DNA of 64,000 nucleotides from Betaproteobacteria bacterium (GCA_025350245.1 JANXYG010000125.1:90-64089), one strand, 5' to 3'; numbered from the stretch's first letter, positions 48,114-60,024 are shown. Numbers and translations: made by a program. Notes: generated by a model from the letters alone, not told the origin.

Positions 48114-48724
48114 CGGACCGGCTGTTCAAGTGGTATCCGGTGCTGTTCCTGCTGGCACTCGCCGCGCTGACCCTCTGGCTCGACCAGAAGGTCCAGCCGC
48201 CGCAACCGGCACGCGACGGCAGCGCCCGGCACGACCCCGACTTCTACATCGACGACTTCGTGGCCCAGCGCATGAATCCGGATGGCACCCGCCGCTATGC
48301 CCTGAAGGGGCGCAAGCTGGTGCACTACCCGGACGACAGCAGCACCCAGGTGCAGACGCCGTCCTTCACCCACTTCGAAGCCGGTGCCGCGCCGGTGCTG
48401 GTCACCGCCAATCGCGCAGTCGTGTCGCGCAATGGCGAGAACGTCTATTTCGTCGGCGACGTGCACATCGATCGCGCCGCCTTCGCCGACCAGCAGGCGC
48501 TGGCCCTGCGCACCGAGCTGCTGCATGTGATTCCCGATCGCGACCTGGCCAAGACCGACAAGGCCGTGTTCATGACCCACGGCACCTCGACCGTGCGTTC
48601 GGAGGGCATGGAGTTCGACAACCGCGCCCGAACAGTGAAGCTTCTTTCGAAGGTCAAGGTGAACTATGCGTCCCCCGTCCGCTATGCATCCCCCGTCCGT
48701 CTGCCCACCACCCGCCGCAAATAG
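48110..48724 (+). CDS. lptC: LPS export protein LptC
   Basis: The 204-aa product has an N-terminal TM anchor (VLFLLALAALTLWL). It sits between kdsC and lptA with an ATGA overlap. Confidence 0.8.
   Translation: MTDRLFKWYPVLFLLALAALTLWLDQKVQPPQPARDGSARHDPDFYIDDFVAQRMNPDGTRRYALKGRKLVHYPDDSSTQVQTPSFTHFEAGAAPVLVTANRAVVSRNGENVYFVGDVHIDRAAFADQQALALRTELLHVIPDRDLAKTDKAVFMTHGTSTVRSEGMEFDNRARTVKLLSKVKVNYASPVRYASPVRLPTTRRK
48664..48699. repeat. 18-bp tandem duplication at the lptC/lptA junction
   Basis: CTATGCGTCCCCCGTCCG is followed by CTATGCATCCCCCGTCCG (one mismatch). The duplication encodes YASPVR twice in LptC and supplies two in-frame ATGs for lptA. Confidence 0.9.
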
Positions 48725-49337
48725 TCGGCGCGTGCTCGTGCTGTGCACGCTGCTCCTTTTCGGCGCGGGCGCTGCCCACGCCGAAAAGGGCGACCGCGAC
48801 AAGCCGGTGCAGATCGAGTCCGACCGCATGCTGATCGACGACGGGCGCAAGGAGTCGGTGTTCGAGGGCAACGTCGTGCTGACCCAGGGCACACTGCAGT
48901 TGCGGGGCGATCGTGTCGTCGTCCGCCAGGATGCCGAAGGCTTCCAGTACGGGACCGCTTATGGCAAACCAGCCACCTTCCGCCAGAAGCGCGAGGGCTA
49001 CGACGAGTACATCGAGGGCTTCGCCGACCGGCTCGAATACGACGGCCGCAAGGACCTGTTGCAGATGTTCGCCCTGGCCCGCATCACCAAGGGCACCGAC
49101 GAGGTGAGGGGTGACTACATCTCGTACAACGCGAAAACCGAGTTCTTCCAGGTGGTAGGCGGGGGCAAGCCCGCGGCGACCAGCGGCAACCCCGAAGGCC
49201 GGGTGCGCGCCATCATCCAGCCCAAGCCGAAACCGGGAGCCCCCGGCACGGCCACCGACCCGAATCCCGCCGGCCGGCCGGGCGCGAGCCTTACGCTGAA
49301 ACCGGCGCCTGCCATCGACCGCGTGCCGGACCGATGA
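48666..49337 (+). CDS. lptA: LPS transport periplasmic protein LptA
   Basis: It has a signal peptide ([16 protein letters not shown]) and an OstA-like domain ([14 protein letters not shown]). The alternative start is ATG 48684. Confidence 0.85.
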   Translation: MRPPSAMHPPSVCPPPAANSRRVLVLCTLLLFGAGAAHAEKGDRDKPVQIESDRMLIDDGRKESVFEGNVVLTQGTLQLRGDRVVVRQDAEGFQYGTAYGKPATFRQKREGYDEYIEGFADRLEYDGRKDLLQMFALARITKGTDEVRGDYISYNAKTEFFQVVGGGKPAATSGNPEGRVRAIIQPKPKPGAPGTATDPNPAGRPGASLTLKPAPAIDRVPDR

Positions 49338-50104
49338 AGGCACCGGCGGACCAAGCCTCGGCCACGCGGCTGGCGCTGCCATCGAGCGAACTGCGGGCGA
49401 TGGGCCTCAAGAAACGCTACAAGGCGCGTACCGTGGTCAAGGATGTATCGCTCGACGTGAAGAGCGGCGAGGTGGTCGGCCTGCTCGGCCCGAACGGTGC
49501 CGGCAAGACCACCTGTTTCTACATGATCGTGGGCCTGGTGCCGGTGGACGACGGTGAAATCTTCCTCGACGCCGAGAATCTGTCGTCGATGCCGATCCAC
49601 AAACGCGCCCGCCGCGGCTTGGCCTACCTGCCGCAGGAGCCCTCGATCTTCCGCAAGCTGACCGTGGCCGAGAACGTGCGCGCGGTGCTGGAACTGAACG
49701 GCCTCAAGGAATCCGAAATCGCGACGAAACTGGATGCATTGCTGGTCGATCTGCACGTCGCGCATCTCAAGAACAGCCCCGCCATCAGCCTGTCCGGCGG
49801 GGAGCGGCGCCGGGTCGAGATCGCGCGGGCACTGGCGGGCGATCCGCGCTTCATCCTGCTCGACGAGCCGTTTGCCGGTGTCGACCCGATCGCCGTCATC
49901 GAGATCCAGCGGATCATTCGTTTTCTCAAGGAGCGGGGCATCGGCGTGTTGATCACCGACCACAATGTGAGAGAGACGCTCGGCATTTGCGACCGGGCCT
50001 ACATCATCAACGATGGGTCGGTACTTGCCTGCGGCCATCCAGAGGAAATTGTCTATAATGAAGCGGTGCGAAAAGTCTATCTCGGCGAGAATTTCCGCCT
50101 GTGA
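49334..50104 (+). CDS. lptB: LPS export ABC ATPase LptB
   Basis: It has Walker [10 protein letters not shown], signature LSGGERRR and Walker [13 protein letters not shown]. Confidence 0.9.
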   Translation: MKAPADQASATRLALPSSELRAMGLKKRYKARTVVKDVSLDVKSGEVVGLLGPNGAGKTTCFYMIVGLVPVDDGEIFLDAENLSSMPIHKRARRGLAYLPQEPSIFRKLTVAENVRAVLELNGLKESEIATKLDALLVDLHVAHLKNSPAISLSGGERRRVEIARALAGDPRFILLDEPFAGVDPIAVIEIQRIIRFLKERGIGVLITDHNVRETLGICDRAYIINDGSVLACGHPEEIVYNEAVRKVYLGENFRL

Positions 50105-50210
50105 TTTCCGGTCTGCGATGCTGGTCGCGCCGGCCGTTGCCGGTAGTGTTCCCCGCAGTGCCTGACATCTCGTTCGTCACCGGCTCGATCGGGTCCTCGC
50201 AGCAATTCCC

Positions 50211-51713
50211 ATGAAGCATTCCCTGCAGCTCAAGCTGTCGCAGCACCTCACGCTGACCCCGCAGTTGCAGCAGTCGATCCGGCTGCTGCAGCTATCGACG
50301 CTCGAACTCAATCAGGAGATCGAAGGCTTCCTGCAGGAAAATCCGCTGCTCGAGCGCGATGAAGAGGAAGGCGAGGAAACCCCGGCGGTGACCGGCACGC
50401 TGGCCGCCGACGCCGCACCGGAAGTCGTCGCCGACACCACTCCCGGCGCCAACGAAGCGCCCCCGGACGATCGCGACCCCCCACCCGAAGGCGCCGAGGC
50501 ACCCGAAGCCGCCGAGGTTCCCGATCGCGAAGTGTCCGACGATGCCGACTGGCTCGACGATGGCAGCTACGGCAGCGGCACCGGTGGCACCGATGGCGAA
50601 GACGGCGACTATCCCCAGCTTCCGGCAAGCAGCCCGAACCTGCGCGAACACCTGATGTGGCAGCTCAACATGCTCGGCCTGCCGCACCAGGACAAGCAGA
50701 TGGTCGCGATCCTCATCGATTCGCTCGATGACGACGGTTACATGAAGACCGACCTGGCGGAGCTCGCGGCGCTGCTACCGGAGGAGATCGATTGCGGCGA
50801 GGACGACCTGCTGGTCGCACTGCGCCACCTGCAGCAGATGGAACCACCCGGCATCGCGGCCAGAAATCTCGCCGAATGCCTCCAGCTCCAGCTCGAGGCA
50901 ATGCCGCCGTCGACGCCCTATCGCGCCGAAGGTATCACCGTGGTCAAGCTGCATCTCGACGCGCTGGCCGGGCGCGACTATATCCGTCTGAAAAAAGTCC
51001 TGCGCTGCAACGACAATATCCTGCGCGAAGTGCAGAAGCTCATCATCGGCCTCAATCCGCGGCCGGGCAGCGCTTTCTCGACCGAAGAGCCGCGCTATGT
51101 CGTACCCGATGTCGCGGTACGCAAGACCAAGGGCATGTGGGTGGTTTCGCTCAATCCCGACGCCATGCCCAAGCTGCGCATCAACCGCATGTACGCCGAC
51201 ATCCTGTCGCGCAACCGCGACGCCAGTTTCCAGCAGTTGTCCGGCCAGTTGCAGGAGGCCAAGTGGCTGATCAAGAACGTGCAGCAGCGGTTCGACACCA
51301 TCCTCCGGGTGTCGCAGTGCATCGTCAATCGGCAGCGGCACTTCTTCGAGCACGGCGAGGTTGCCATGCGCCCGCTGGTGCTGCGGGAGATCGCCGAAAT
51401 CCTCGGCTTGCACGAGTCGACGGTGTCACGCGTCACCACCCAGAAGTTCATGCTCACGCCGCGCGGCATCTTCGAACTCAAGTACTTCTTCGGCAGTCAT
51501 GTCACCACCGAAACCGGCGGTGCCTGCTCGGCGACGGCGATCCGCGCCCTGATCCGCCAGCTGGTGGGCGGGGAAGACACCAAGCGGCCGCTGTCCGACA
51601 GCCAGATCGCCGACATTCTCGGCAAGCAAGGCATCGTCGTGGCGCGGCGGACCATCGCCAAGTACCGCGAGTCGCTGCAAATCCTGCCGATCAACCTTCG
51701 AAAATCAATCTAG
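50211..51713 (+). CDS. rpoN: RNA polymerase sigma-54 factor
   Basis: It has the N-terminal Gln/Leu-rich region I, an acidic region II and the C-terminal RpoN box ARRTIAKYR. Confidence 0.95.
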   Translation: MKHSLQLKLSQHLTLTPQLQQSIRLLQLSTLELNQEIEGFLQENPLLERDEEEGEETPAVTGTLAADAAPEVVADTTPGANEAPPDDRDPPPEGAEAPEAAEVPDREVSDDADWLDDGSYGSGTGGTDGEDGDYPQLPASSPNLREHLMWQLNMLGLPHQDKQMVAILIDSLDDDGYMKTDLAELAALLPEEIDCGEDDLLVALRHLQQMEPPGIAARNLAECLQLQLEAMPPSTPYRAEGITVVKLHLDALAGRDYIRLKKVLRCNDNILREVQKLIIGLNPRPGSAFSTEEPRYVVPDVAVRKTKGMWVVSLNPDAMPKLRINRMYADILSRNRDASFQQLSGQLQEAKWLIKNVQQRFDTILRVSQCIVNRQRHFFEHGEVAMRPLVLREIAEILGLHESTVSRVTTQKFMLTPRGIFELKYFFGSHVTTETGGACSATAIRALIRQLVGGEDTKRPLSDSQIADILGKQGIVVARRTIAKYRESLQILPINLRKSI

Positions 51714-51741
51714 GGTGACGTCCCCCCCAAGGCTGCGCTGC
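51714..51741. repeat. 28-nt terminal fragment of the ~100-nt repeat (inverted orientation)
   Basis: The reverse complement GCAGCGCAGCCTTGGGGGGGACGTCACC matches GCAGCGCAGCCTGGGGGTGGACGTCACC at 12659-12686. Confidence 0.7.
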
Positions 51742-51749
51742 AATCCTTC

Positions 51750-52235
51750 ATGAGTCTTCTTTCCCGCCTCTTGCCGCTCGCGCATGTGCTCGTCGACCTC
51801 GACGTCACCAGCAAGAAACGCGTGTTCGAGCATGCGGGCCAGCTATTCGAGAACACGCTGGGTCTGTCGCGCAGCCAGGTCTACGACAGCCTGTTCGCGC
51901 GTGAACGGCTCGGCTCCACCGGGCTGGGCCACGGCATCGCGGTGCCGCATGGCCGCATCAAGGGGCTCAAGGAGGCTGCCGGGGCTTTCGTGCGCACGCG
52001 CGCCCCGATCCCGTTCGAAGCACCGGATGGAAACCCGGTCGGCCTCATCTTCGTGCTGCTGGTCCCCGAGAAAGCAACCGACGCGCACCTCCAGATCCTG
52101 TCGGAACTGGCCGAGATGTTCAGCGACCGTGACCTGCGCGGACGGCTGCAACTGGCGGATGACGCCGCCGCGGTCCAGCAACTCATCGTGCGCTGGGAAC
52201 CCCATGCCCCAGATCAGCGTCGCGCGGCTGTTTGA
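51750..52235 (+). CDS. ptsN: PTS EIIA-Ntr nitrogen regulatory protein
   Basis: The 161-aa product has the active-site His region GLGHGIAVPHGRIKG. Confidence 0.9.
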   Translation: MSLLSRLLPLAHVLVDLDVTSKKRVFEHAGQLFENTLGLSRSQVYDSLFARERLGSTGLGHGIAVPHGRIKGLKEAAGAFVRTRAPIPFEAPDGNPVGLIFVLLVPEKATDAHLQILSELAEMFSDRDLRGRLQLADDAAAVQQLIVRWEPHAPDQRRAAV

Positions 52236-53151
52236 CGACAATCGAGCGGAGCTTGGGCTCGCCTGGGTTCAGGGCGATCGCGAGACCTGTCCGATGCTCG
52301 ATTCGTCGCTCATCCAGAACTCCAGCAAGGGCCTGACCGGGCACCTGAATTTCATCCACCCGAGCTGGATACAGATCTTCAGCCACACCGAAGCCAGTTA
52401 CCTGCAGAGCCTGGGCGAAGATGCCCGCCGCAAGGTGCTCGAAGATGTCGCCGCGAGCGGAATGGCATGCCTGATCCTGAGCGACGGCGAACATCCGCCC
52501 GAAGTCCTGGCGAGCCTGAGCGGTTCGCTGAACGTACCGATGCTGTCCACATCGCTGCCGAGCCTGCAGGTGATCTGGGTGCTGCGCACCTACCTCGGTC
52601 GCGTTCTCGCCGAGTTCGTCACGCGCCATGGTGTTCTGCTCGATGTGCTCGGGATGGGCGTCTTGCTCACCGGTGACAGCGGCGTTGGCAAGAGCGAGCT
52701 GGCGCTGGAACTCATCACGCGCGGCAGCGGGCTGGTGGCCGACGACGTGGTCGATCTCTACCACATCGCCCCGCAGACGCTCGAAGGCCGTTGCCCCGAG
52801 ATGCTCAAGGACTTCCTCGAGGTGCGCGGCCTGGGCATACTCAACATCCGCACCATCTTCGGCGAAACCGCGGTGCGCACGCGCAAGAACCTCAAGCTGC
52901 TGGTGCAACTGGAGCGGCCCGTGGGCGGCAACATCCCGGGGCTCGAGCGCCTGCCGCTCAACGCGAGCACCGAAGACATCATGGGGGTGTCGATCCGCAA
53001 GGTGCAGTTGCCGGTGGCCGCCGGTCGCAATCTTGCTGTGCTGGTCGAAGCGGCGGTGCGCAATTACGTGCTGCAGTTGCGCGGCATCGACAGCACCCAG
53101 GATTTCATCCTGCGCCAGGAAAAACAGCTCGGCAACAAGGAAAACCGCTGA
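52204..53151 (+). CDS. hprK: HPr kinase/phosphorylase
   Basis: It has the P-loop GDSGVGKSE and the [11 protein letters not shown] motif. ATG 52204 overlaps the ptsN end by 32 nt. Confidence 0.9.
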   Translation: MPQISVARLFDDNRAELGLAWVQGDRETCPMLDSSLIQNSSKGLTGHLNFIHPSWIQIFSHTEASYLQSLGEDARRKVLEDVAASGMACLILSDGEHPPEVLASLSGSLNVPMLSTSLPSLQVIWVLRTYLGRVLAEFVTRHGVLLDVLGMGVLLTGDSGVGKSELALELITRGSGLVADDVVDLYHIAPQTLEGRCPEMLKDFLEVRGLGILNIRTIFGETAVRTRKNLKLLVQLERPVGGNIPGLERLPLNASTEDIMGVSIRKVQLPVAAGRNLAVLVEAAVRNYVLQLRGIDSTQDFILRQEKQLGNKENR

Positions 53152-53174
53152 CAACGCCGTCGGCGACCGGACCG

Positions 53175-54026
53175 ATGCAACTGGTGCTCATCAGCGGTCT
53201 GTCAGGCTCAGGCAAGAGCATCGCGCTCGACGTTCTCGAGGACAGCGGCTACTACGTCGTCGACAATCTGCCGGTTAAACTCTTGCCGGCATTGCTCGAT
53301 GCGCTGGCAGGCGCCGCCTATGGTCGCGTCGCCGTCAGCGTCGACGTGCGCAGCGGCGGCGGCCTGCAGGAGGTTCCGCGCATTCGCGAGGCGCTGCGGG
53401 GCCGCGACCTCGACGTGCGGGTGCTGTTCCTCGACGCCAAGACCGACACGCTGGTCAAGCGCTACTCGGAGACCAGGCGGCGACATCCGCTGGCCGACGG
53501 CAGCAACACCCTGCCCGAATGCATCGAGCGCGAACGCGAACTGCTCGCGACCATCAACTCGATCGGTCACCGCATCGACACCAGCGATCTCGCCGCCAAC
53601 ACGCTGCGAGCCTGGGTCAAGGAATTCATCGACGTCCGGCCCGACGCCGGGCTGACATTGCTGTTCCAGTCGTTCGGCTTCAAGCATGGCATTCCGCTCG
53701 ACGCCGATTTCGTGTTCGATGTGCGCTGCCTGCCCAACCCGCACTACGACCAGCGGCTGCGGCCCAGGACCGGACGCGACCCGGAAGTTGCCGGCTTCAT
53801 CGAGGCGGTGCCGGAGGCCATGCAGATGCTGGCCGACATTCGCGGCTACATCGAGCGCTGGCTGCCCTGCTTCGTGCGCGACAACCGCAGCTACCTGACG
53901 GTGGCCGTCGGCTGCACCGGCGGAAGACACCGGTCGGTCTACTTCGTCGAATCGCTCGCGCGCCATTTCCATGGCGGTCACTCGGTGATCAAACGGCATC
54001 GTGAACTTTCGGCGGTGGAGGCATGA
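53175..54026 (+). CDS. rapZ: RNase adapter protein RapZ (YhbJ)
   Basis: It has [23 protein letters not shown] and [10 protein letters not shown]. The start is ATG 53175. Confidence 0.9.
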   Translation: MQLVLISGLSGSGKSIALDVLEDSGYYVVDNLPVKLLPALLDALAGAAYGRVAVSVDVRSGGGLQEVPRIREALRGRDLDVRVLFLDAKTDTLVKRYSETRRRHPLADGSNTLPECIERERELLATINSIGHRIDTSDLAANTLRAWVKEFIDVRPDAGLTLLFQSFGFKHGIPLDADFVFDVRCLPNPHYDQRLRPRTGRDPEVAGFIEAVPEAMQMLADIRGYIERWLPCFVRDNRSYLTVAVGCTGGRHRSVYFVESLARHFHGGHSVIKRHRELSAVEA

Positions 54027-54658
54027 CCACGACCACGCGACCGAAGCAGGTCATCCTGGCGCTCACCGGCGCCTCCGGCATGCCCTACGGCATCCGCCTG
54101 CTCGAATGCCTGATCCGCAGCGGCACGAAGGTGTGGCTCATCTACTCGCAGGTGGCGCAGATCGTCGCGCGCGAGGAGATGGACCTCAAACTGCCATCGC
54201 AACCGCGCGAAGCCCAGCGCCACTTCGCCGCACTCTACGGCGCGAACGAGGGCCAGCTCGACGTGTTCGGTCGTGAAGACTGGTATGCGCCACCGGCTTC
54301 CGGCTCCAGCCCGGCGGACGCGATGATCATCTGTCCGTGCTCGATGGGCACGCTGGCGTCGATCGCGGCCGGCCTCGCGCAATCGCTGATCGAGCGCGCC
54401 GCCGACGTTGCGCTCAAGGAAGGCCGCAAGCTGGTGCTGGTGCCGCGCGAGACGCCGTTCAGCGCCATCCATCTCGACAACATGCAGCGCCTGCAACGTG
54501 CCGGTGCCGTCATTCTCCCGGCCAATCCCGGTTTCTATCATCGGCCGCAAAGCGTCGCCGACCTGGTCGATTTCGTCGTGGCTCGCGTCCTCGACCAGAT
54601 CGGCATCGACAACGACCTGGTGGCCCGCTGGGGCGCCCCGGTGCCGGCGCGCGAATAG
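54023..54658 (+). CDS. ubiX: flavin prenyltransferase UbiX
   Basis: The 211-aa flavoprotein contains [15 protein letters not shown]. Confidence 0.85.
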   Translation: MTTTTRPKQVILALTGASGMPYGIRLLECLIRSGTKVWLIYSQVAQIVAREEMDLKLPSQPREAQRHFAALYGANEGQLDVFGREDWYAPPASGSSPADAMIICPCSMGTLASIAAGLAQSLIERAADVALKEGRKLVLVPRETPFSAIHLDNMQRLQRAGAVILPANPGFYHRPQSVADLVDFVVARVLDQIGIDNDLVARWGAPVPARE

Positions 54659-54666
54659 ACCCCGCC

Positions 54667-55237
54667 ATGGCCAACGATCACAACCTGCGCATTCCGGTGT
54701 TCCCACTCGACACGGTGCTGTTTCCGGGCGGCGTGCTGCCGCTCAAGATCTTCGAGCAGCGCTACCTCGACATGACCAAGGCGTGCGTGCGCGACGGCAC
54801 GCCGTTCGGCGTGTGTCTGATCAACGACGGGCAGGAAGTGGGGCCGGCCTTTCCCGCCGAGGTGGGCTGCATCGCCCGTATCGAACAATGGGACATGCCG
54901 CAACTGGGCATCTTCAATCTGGTCACCCGGGGCCAGCAACGCTTCCGGCTGCTGAACACCGGGACCGAGGCCAACGGCCTGCTGGTCGGTGAAGTCGTGC
55001 CGATGGAGGCCGAGCCGCGCGTCGCGGTCGATGCCCGCCACGAACGCTGTGTCGACATCCTGCGCCAGCTGGTGGAGCGCTTCGGCGCCGAGCATTTTCC
55101 CGAACCGCACGATTTCGCCGATGCCTCGTGGGTCGGCTACCGGCTGGCCGAGATCCTCCCGATCGACCGCTTCGAGAAGCAGCGCATGCTGGTGGGCAAC
55201 GACGCCATCGCCCGCCTCGACCGCGTGCAGCACCTGC

Positions 55238-55251
<14 letters not shown>
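54667..55251 (+). CDS. LON substrate-binding (LonN) domain protein
   Basis: The 194-aa product has IPVFPLDTVLFPGGVLPLKIFEQRYLDM, typical of the Lon N-terminal domain. Confidence 0.8.
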
Positions 55252-56304
<1,053 letters not shown>

Positions 56305-56311
<7 letters not shown>

Positions 56312-56472
56312 CCCATCGTGTCCGGTTCACCCTTGAAAGGGCCGGCCAGATCGGCACCCGGCAGCTCGACAGGTACCCGTTTCGCCACTGCTTCCAGCCG
56401 CGGCGGCCGGGGGTAATCCCGGACGGATTCCTGCCCGGGCGCGGGCGCAATGGCGAACGAGGGGCGGGTCAT
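56305..56472 (-). pseudogene. possible N-terminal remnant of a DUF427-family gene
   Basis: The short ORF contains ESVRDYPRPPRLE, which I recall as the DUF427 N-terminal signature (ESVWDYPRPP). It stops after ~55 aa, where mutY begins. Confidence 0.3.
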
Positions 56473-56489
56473 CGGCGCGGCGGGCAATC

Positions 56490-56563
56490 TGGAGCGGGTG
56501 AAGGGAATCGAACCCTCGTATGCAGCTTGGGAAGCTGCCGTTCTGCCATTGAACTACACCCGC
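56490..56563 (-). tRNA. tRNA-Gly (anticodon CCC)
   Basis: The reverse complement GCGGGTGTAGTTCAATGGCAGAACGGCAGCTTCCCAAGCTGCATACGAGGGTTCGATTCCCTTCACCCGCTCCA folds as a cloverleaf. It has a 7-bp acceptor stem, anticodon loop TTCCCAA, a TTCGATT T-loop and an encoded CCA. Confidence 0.93.
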
Positions 56564-56877
56564 GATGCGGCGAATTCTACGATGATTCCTGCGCGGTGGG
56601 GATGAGCGGCTCGGGGTGCCGGCAAACACGGCTCGTTACCGCATTGCGATCTCCGCGTCATGCGCTGCCGGGAGACCTGACTCCACCTCAGGTCCCGCGG
56701 GCTGCGCCGCCCCGCGGCTGCTCAGAACAACCGGTCTTTCTCCATCGCAGCCACCGGCACGTCCACCGACTGATCGATGGTCGCGGACAAGGTGATCCGG
56801 TAGGCCTTGCGGAACCGCCGGACCGCCGCTATGTTCGAAGTTGCGAAGTTCAATGCACAGGAACGGGTGACAAAACC

Positions 56878-57885
56878 ATGATCAAGGCAATCTCCAGTCG
56901 TATCGCGATCGCGCTGTTCGCGGTCGTCATCGGTTTCGCGATGACCGTCGGCGATGCCGACGCGCGTCTCGGCGGTGGCCGCAGCTTCGGCAAGCAATCG
57001 GGCAACGTCATGCGGCGCGAGGCGCCCGCCCAGCCGGGCGTTCCGGCGCAGAAGCAGAACAACGCGAACCCCGCGCCCGTGCAGCAGCCACCCGTGGCCG
57101 CGCCGCAGCCCCAGCGCAATCGATGGCTGGGCCCGATCGCCGGCATTGCCGCCGGCCTGGGCATCGCCGCCCTGATGTCGCATTTCGGCTTCGGCGGTGC
57201 GATGGGCGAGATGATGGGCTCGCTGCTGCTGATCGGCGGGCTCCTGATTGCCGGAATATTCGTCTTTCGTCTGCTGCGCCGTTCGGCCCCGTCTTCCGCT
57301 CCGCAACCCGCGTATTCCGGTGCGGACACCACGTCCGCCAATGCCTATCGATTCGATGTCCAGCAGCCGGCCGCGGCGGCGTTGCCGGCCACCACCGGCC
57401 CGGTGAGCGTCACCGGCGAGCCGTTGCGTCCGCTCGGCGCGCCCGCCACGACAACCATCGACACCGGCCCGGCATCGACCGCCACATGGTCGGTCCCGGC
57501 GGACTTCGATGTCGACGCCTTCATTCGCAGCGCCAAAGTGTACTTCGTGCGCCTGCAGGCCGCCTGGGACGCCAGCGATCAGGCCGATATCCGCGAGTTC
57601 ACCACGCCCGAGATGTTCGCCGAGATCAAGCTCGACATCGCCGAGCGCGGCGCGCACGCCACCCACACCGATGTCGTGGAGATCGAAGCCGCCCTCCTGG
57701 GCCTCGAAGACGACGGCTTCAATGCGCTCGCGAGCGTGCGCTTCCACGGCCTGATCCGCGAATCGCGCGACGCACCGGCGGCACCGTTCGTCGAAGTCTG
57801 GAACCTGGTGAAACCCGTGGCGGGCAAGCAGGGGTGGCTGCTGGCCGGCATTCAGCAGGAGAAGCCCGCTACGGTTGTGCCCTGA
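56878..57885 (+). CDS. Tim44-like domain membrane protein
   Basis: It has an N-terminal signal/TM, a Gln/Pro-rich linker and a TM pair. The C-terminal Tim44-like domain contains FDVDAFIRSAKVYFVRLQAAWD. The start is ATG 56878. Confidence 0.75.
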   Translation: MIKAISSRIAIALFAVVIGFAMTVGDADARLGGGRSFGKQSGNVMRREAPAQPGVPAQKQNNANPAPVQQPPVAAPQPQRNRWLGPIAGIAAGLGIAALMSHFGFGGAMGEMMGSLLLIGGLLIAGIFVFRLLRRSAPSSAPQPAYSGADTTSANAYRFDVQQPAAAALPATTGPVSVTGEPLRPLGAPATTTIDTGPASTATWSVPADFDVDAFIRSAKVYFVRLQAAWDASDQADIREFTTPEMFAEIKLDIAERGAHATHTDVVEIEAALLGLEDDGFNALASVRFHGLIRESRDAPAAPFVEVWNLVKPVAGKQGWLLAGIQQEKPATVVP

Positions 57886-58990
57886 ACGGCAATACGGTAT
57901 CGAGCGAGCAGTGATCGGTCGCCTTGCCGGGTGGCCGGGTCAGCACCGCCGCCGGCTTGCCGCCGGCGAGCGAACCCGGGTCGAGTAGCCCCAGCAGGCT
58001 CTGGCTGACGACCAACTGGTCCAGCGTCGCGTGGCAACCGTGGCGCGCGGCGGCGCGGCGATCCACTTCCACCACTGCCATCGCGCTGGCAGGCGGTTTG
58101 CCGTCGTCGATCTCGGGAAACAGGTTGCGAACGGTCGCCGGATCGATCGGACCCGCCGGGTCGCTGCCGTCTGACCGCGCCGGAAACCGGCGGCGCACCT
58201 CCTGCTCGAGATCCCGGTTCCAGTCGCCCACGATCAGGAAGGCATTGCCGGCATTCGCCTGCCCTTCGATCCATTGCTCCAGCGGCGACGCCTGCTGCTG
58301 CAGCACCGGACACGCCGCATTGCGGGGGTTGTCGAGACGCCCGCCGGGACAGCCGGATTTGAGGTGCACGTTCAGCAATGCGATGTTGCCACCATTCACC
58401 CGCAGGACCAGTTCGAGCCCGCGCCGCACGCGATGCCCGACGCGCGGTTCGTCTTCCAGGCTCAGGGCGCGGATTTCGCGGCATCGCGGTTGCAGACCGG
58501 CGGCTTCGCGAACCGCGAAGCCGATGTTCTGCGCGTCTTCGCGCGTGGTGAAGCAGGCGACCCGAAAGCCCTGCGGCAACACCGCCTGCAACGCTGCAGG
58601 GCCCCGCACTTCCTGAACCGCCAGCAGGTCGAGCCCGCGGGCCGCCATGTCCGCCAGGGCGGCCCGCAGCGGGCCCAGTTTCAGCGCTTCGTAGTCGGCG
58701 GCGGAGAAGATGCGATCGCGCCGATACACATCGCACATCGGCAGCCCGGGCCCGGGCTTCTCGTTCGGCCAGTTGCGCGCCTCACAGGTCTGCCAGAACC
58801 CCGCCGCGTCCAGTTCGCGCGGGTCCGCGAGCCACTCCAGGTTCCACGACGACAGGCGCAGCGGCCCCGCCCACGCCCCGCCATGCACCGCGTCCCGACC
58901 CGTAGTCCGCAGGTCGTCGCGGGTGGCCGAGGTCGCACACGACATCGACAGGAACAGCAGGGCCGTCAAGGTGGGCCGGCGGAATCTCAT
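57869..58990 (-). CDS. secreted endonuclease/exonuclease/phosphatase (EEP) fold protein
   Basis: It has a signal peptide (LTALLFLSMSCATSA), an N-terminal SWNLEWL and a C-terminal TDHCSL. The start ATG 58990 forms an ATGA with the upstream gene. Confidence 0.75.
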   Translation of the reverse strand: MRFRRPTLTALLFLSMSCATSATRDDLRTTGRDAVHGGAWAGPLRLSSWNLEWLADPRELDAAGFWQTCEARNWPNEKPGPGLPMCDVYRRDRIFSAADYEALKLGPLRAALADMAARGLDLLAVQEVRGPAALQAVLPQGFRVACFTTREDAQNIGFAVREAAGLQPRCREIRALSLEDEPRVGHRVRRGLELVLRVNGGNIALLNVHLKSGCPGGRLDNPRNAACPVLQQQASPLEQWIEGQANAGNAFLIVGDWNRDLEQEVRRRFPARSDGSDPAGPIDPATVRNLFPEIDDGKPPASAMAVVEVDRRAAARHGCHATLDQLVVSQSLLGLLDPGSLAGGKPAAVLTRPPGKATDHCSLDTVLPFRAQP

Positions 58991-60024
58991 GCGCCTCTTT
59001 CGGGGGCGATCAGGCCGCGACCTTCCTGGACCGCATGGCAGGCGACCAGGACGTCGGCGGTCGCCGGCAGCAGCGCCGGCTGCTCGTTGCGGCAACGCTC
59101 GTTCGCCAGCGGGCAGCGCGGATGAAAGGTGCATCCGCTCGGCGGCGACAGGGGATTCGGCACCTCGCCGGGGATCGCCGGCCGTGCGATGCCGGCCATC
59201 GACAGGTCGGGGATCGCGTCGAGCAGCAGCCGGGTGTAGGGATGTCGCGGACGGTTCAGCACGTCGTCGCGCGGACCCAGCTCCACCACCCGGCCGAGGT
59301 ACATGACGCCGACCCGGTCGGCGACATGGTCGACCACCGCCAGGTTGTGCGAAATGAACAGATAGGTGAGCCCCAGCCGCGCCTGGAGATCGCGCATCAG
59401 GTTGAGCACCTGCGCCTGCACCGACACGTCCAGGGCCGAGGTCGGCTCGTCGCAAACCAGGAATTCCGGATTCGACGACAGCGCCCGCGCCACCGAGATC
59501 CGTTGCCGCTGCCCGCCGGAGAACTCGTGCGGATAGCGCGCGGCGTCGCGGGCGGACAACCCCACCTGCTCCAGCAGTTCGCCCACCCGCGACCGCTCGG
59601 CCACCCGATCCGGCACCAGGCCGTGCACCCGCAGCGGCTCGCCCACGATCGCACCCACACGCCAACGTGGATTGAGGCTCGCATACGGGTCCTGGAAGAT
59701 CATCTGCATGCGCTGGCGCTGCCGGCCGGCAGCGCCGGATCCACCGCTGTCGGCGGCGATCACCGCCCGCCCGTCGAACAACACGCGGCCGCGGGTCGGC
59801 ACGTACAGACCGACCGCCAGGCGCGCGAGCGTGGATTTGCCGCAACCGGATTCGCCGACCAGCGCCAGCGTTTCACCGCGCCGGATCTGCAGCGAGACGT
59901 CGTCCACCGCCACCAGCCGCTGCCGTGGTGCCCGCGAGAGCAGTCGATCGATCCACGGCGGCGACACGTCGAAGTCGCGACCGACCTGCTCAAGCGCCAG
60001 CAACGGCGGATCAGGATGCGTCAT
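58987..60024 (-). CDS. peptide/nickel-type ABC ATP-binding protein (DppF-like)
   Basis: It has Walker A GESGCGKST, signature FSGGQRQR and the C-terminal oligopeptide-type extension with CTFHPRCP. The start is ATG 60024. Confidence 0.85.
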   Translation of the reverse strand: MTHPDPPLLALEQVGRDFDVSPPWIDRLLSRAPRQRLVAVDDVSLQIRRGETLALVGESGCGKSTLARLAVGLYVPTRGRVLFDGRAVIAADSGGSGAAGRQRQRMQMIFQDPYASLNPRWRVGAIVGEPLRVHGLVPDRVAERSRVGELLEQVGLSARDAARYPHEFSGGQRQRISVARALSSNPEFLVCDEPTSALDVSVQAQVLNLMRDLQARLGLTYLFISHNLAVVDHVADRVGVMYLGRVVELGPRDDVLNRPRHPYTRLLLDAIPDLSMAGIARPAIPGEVPNPLSPPSGCTFHPRCPLANERCRNEQPALLPATADVLVACHAVQEGRGLIAPERGA

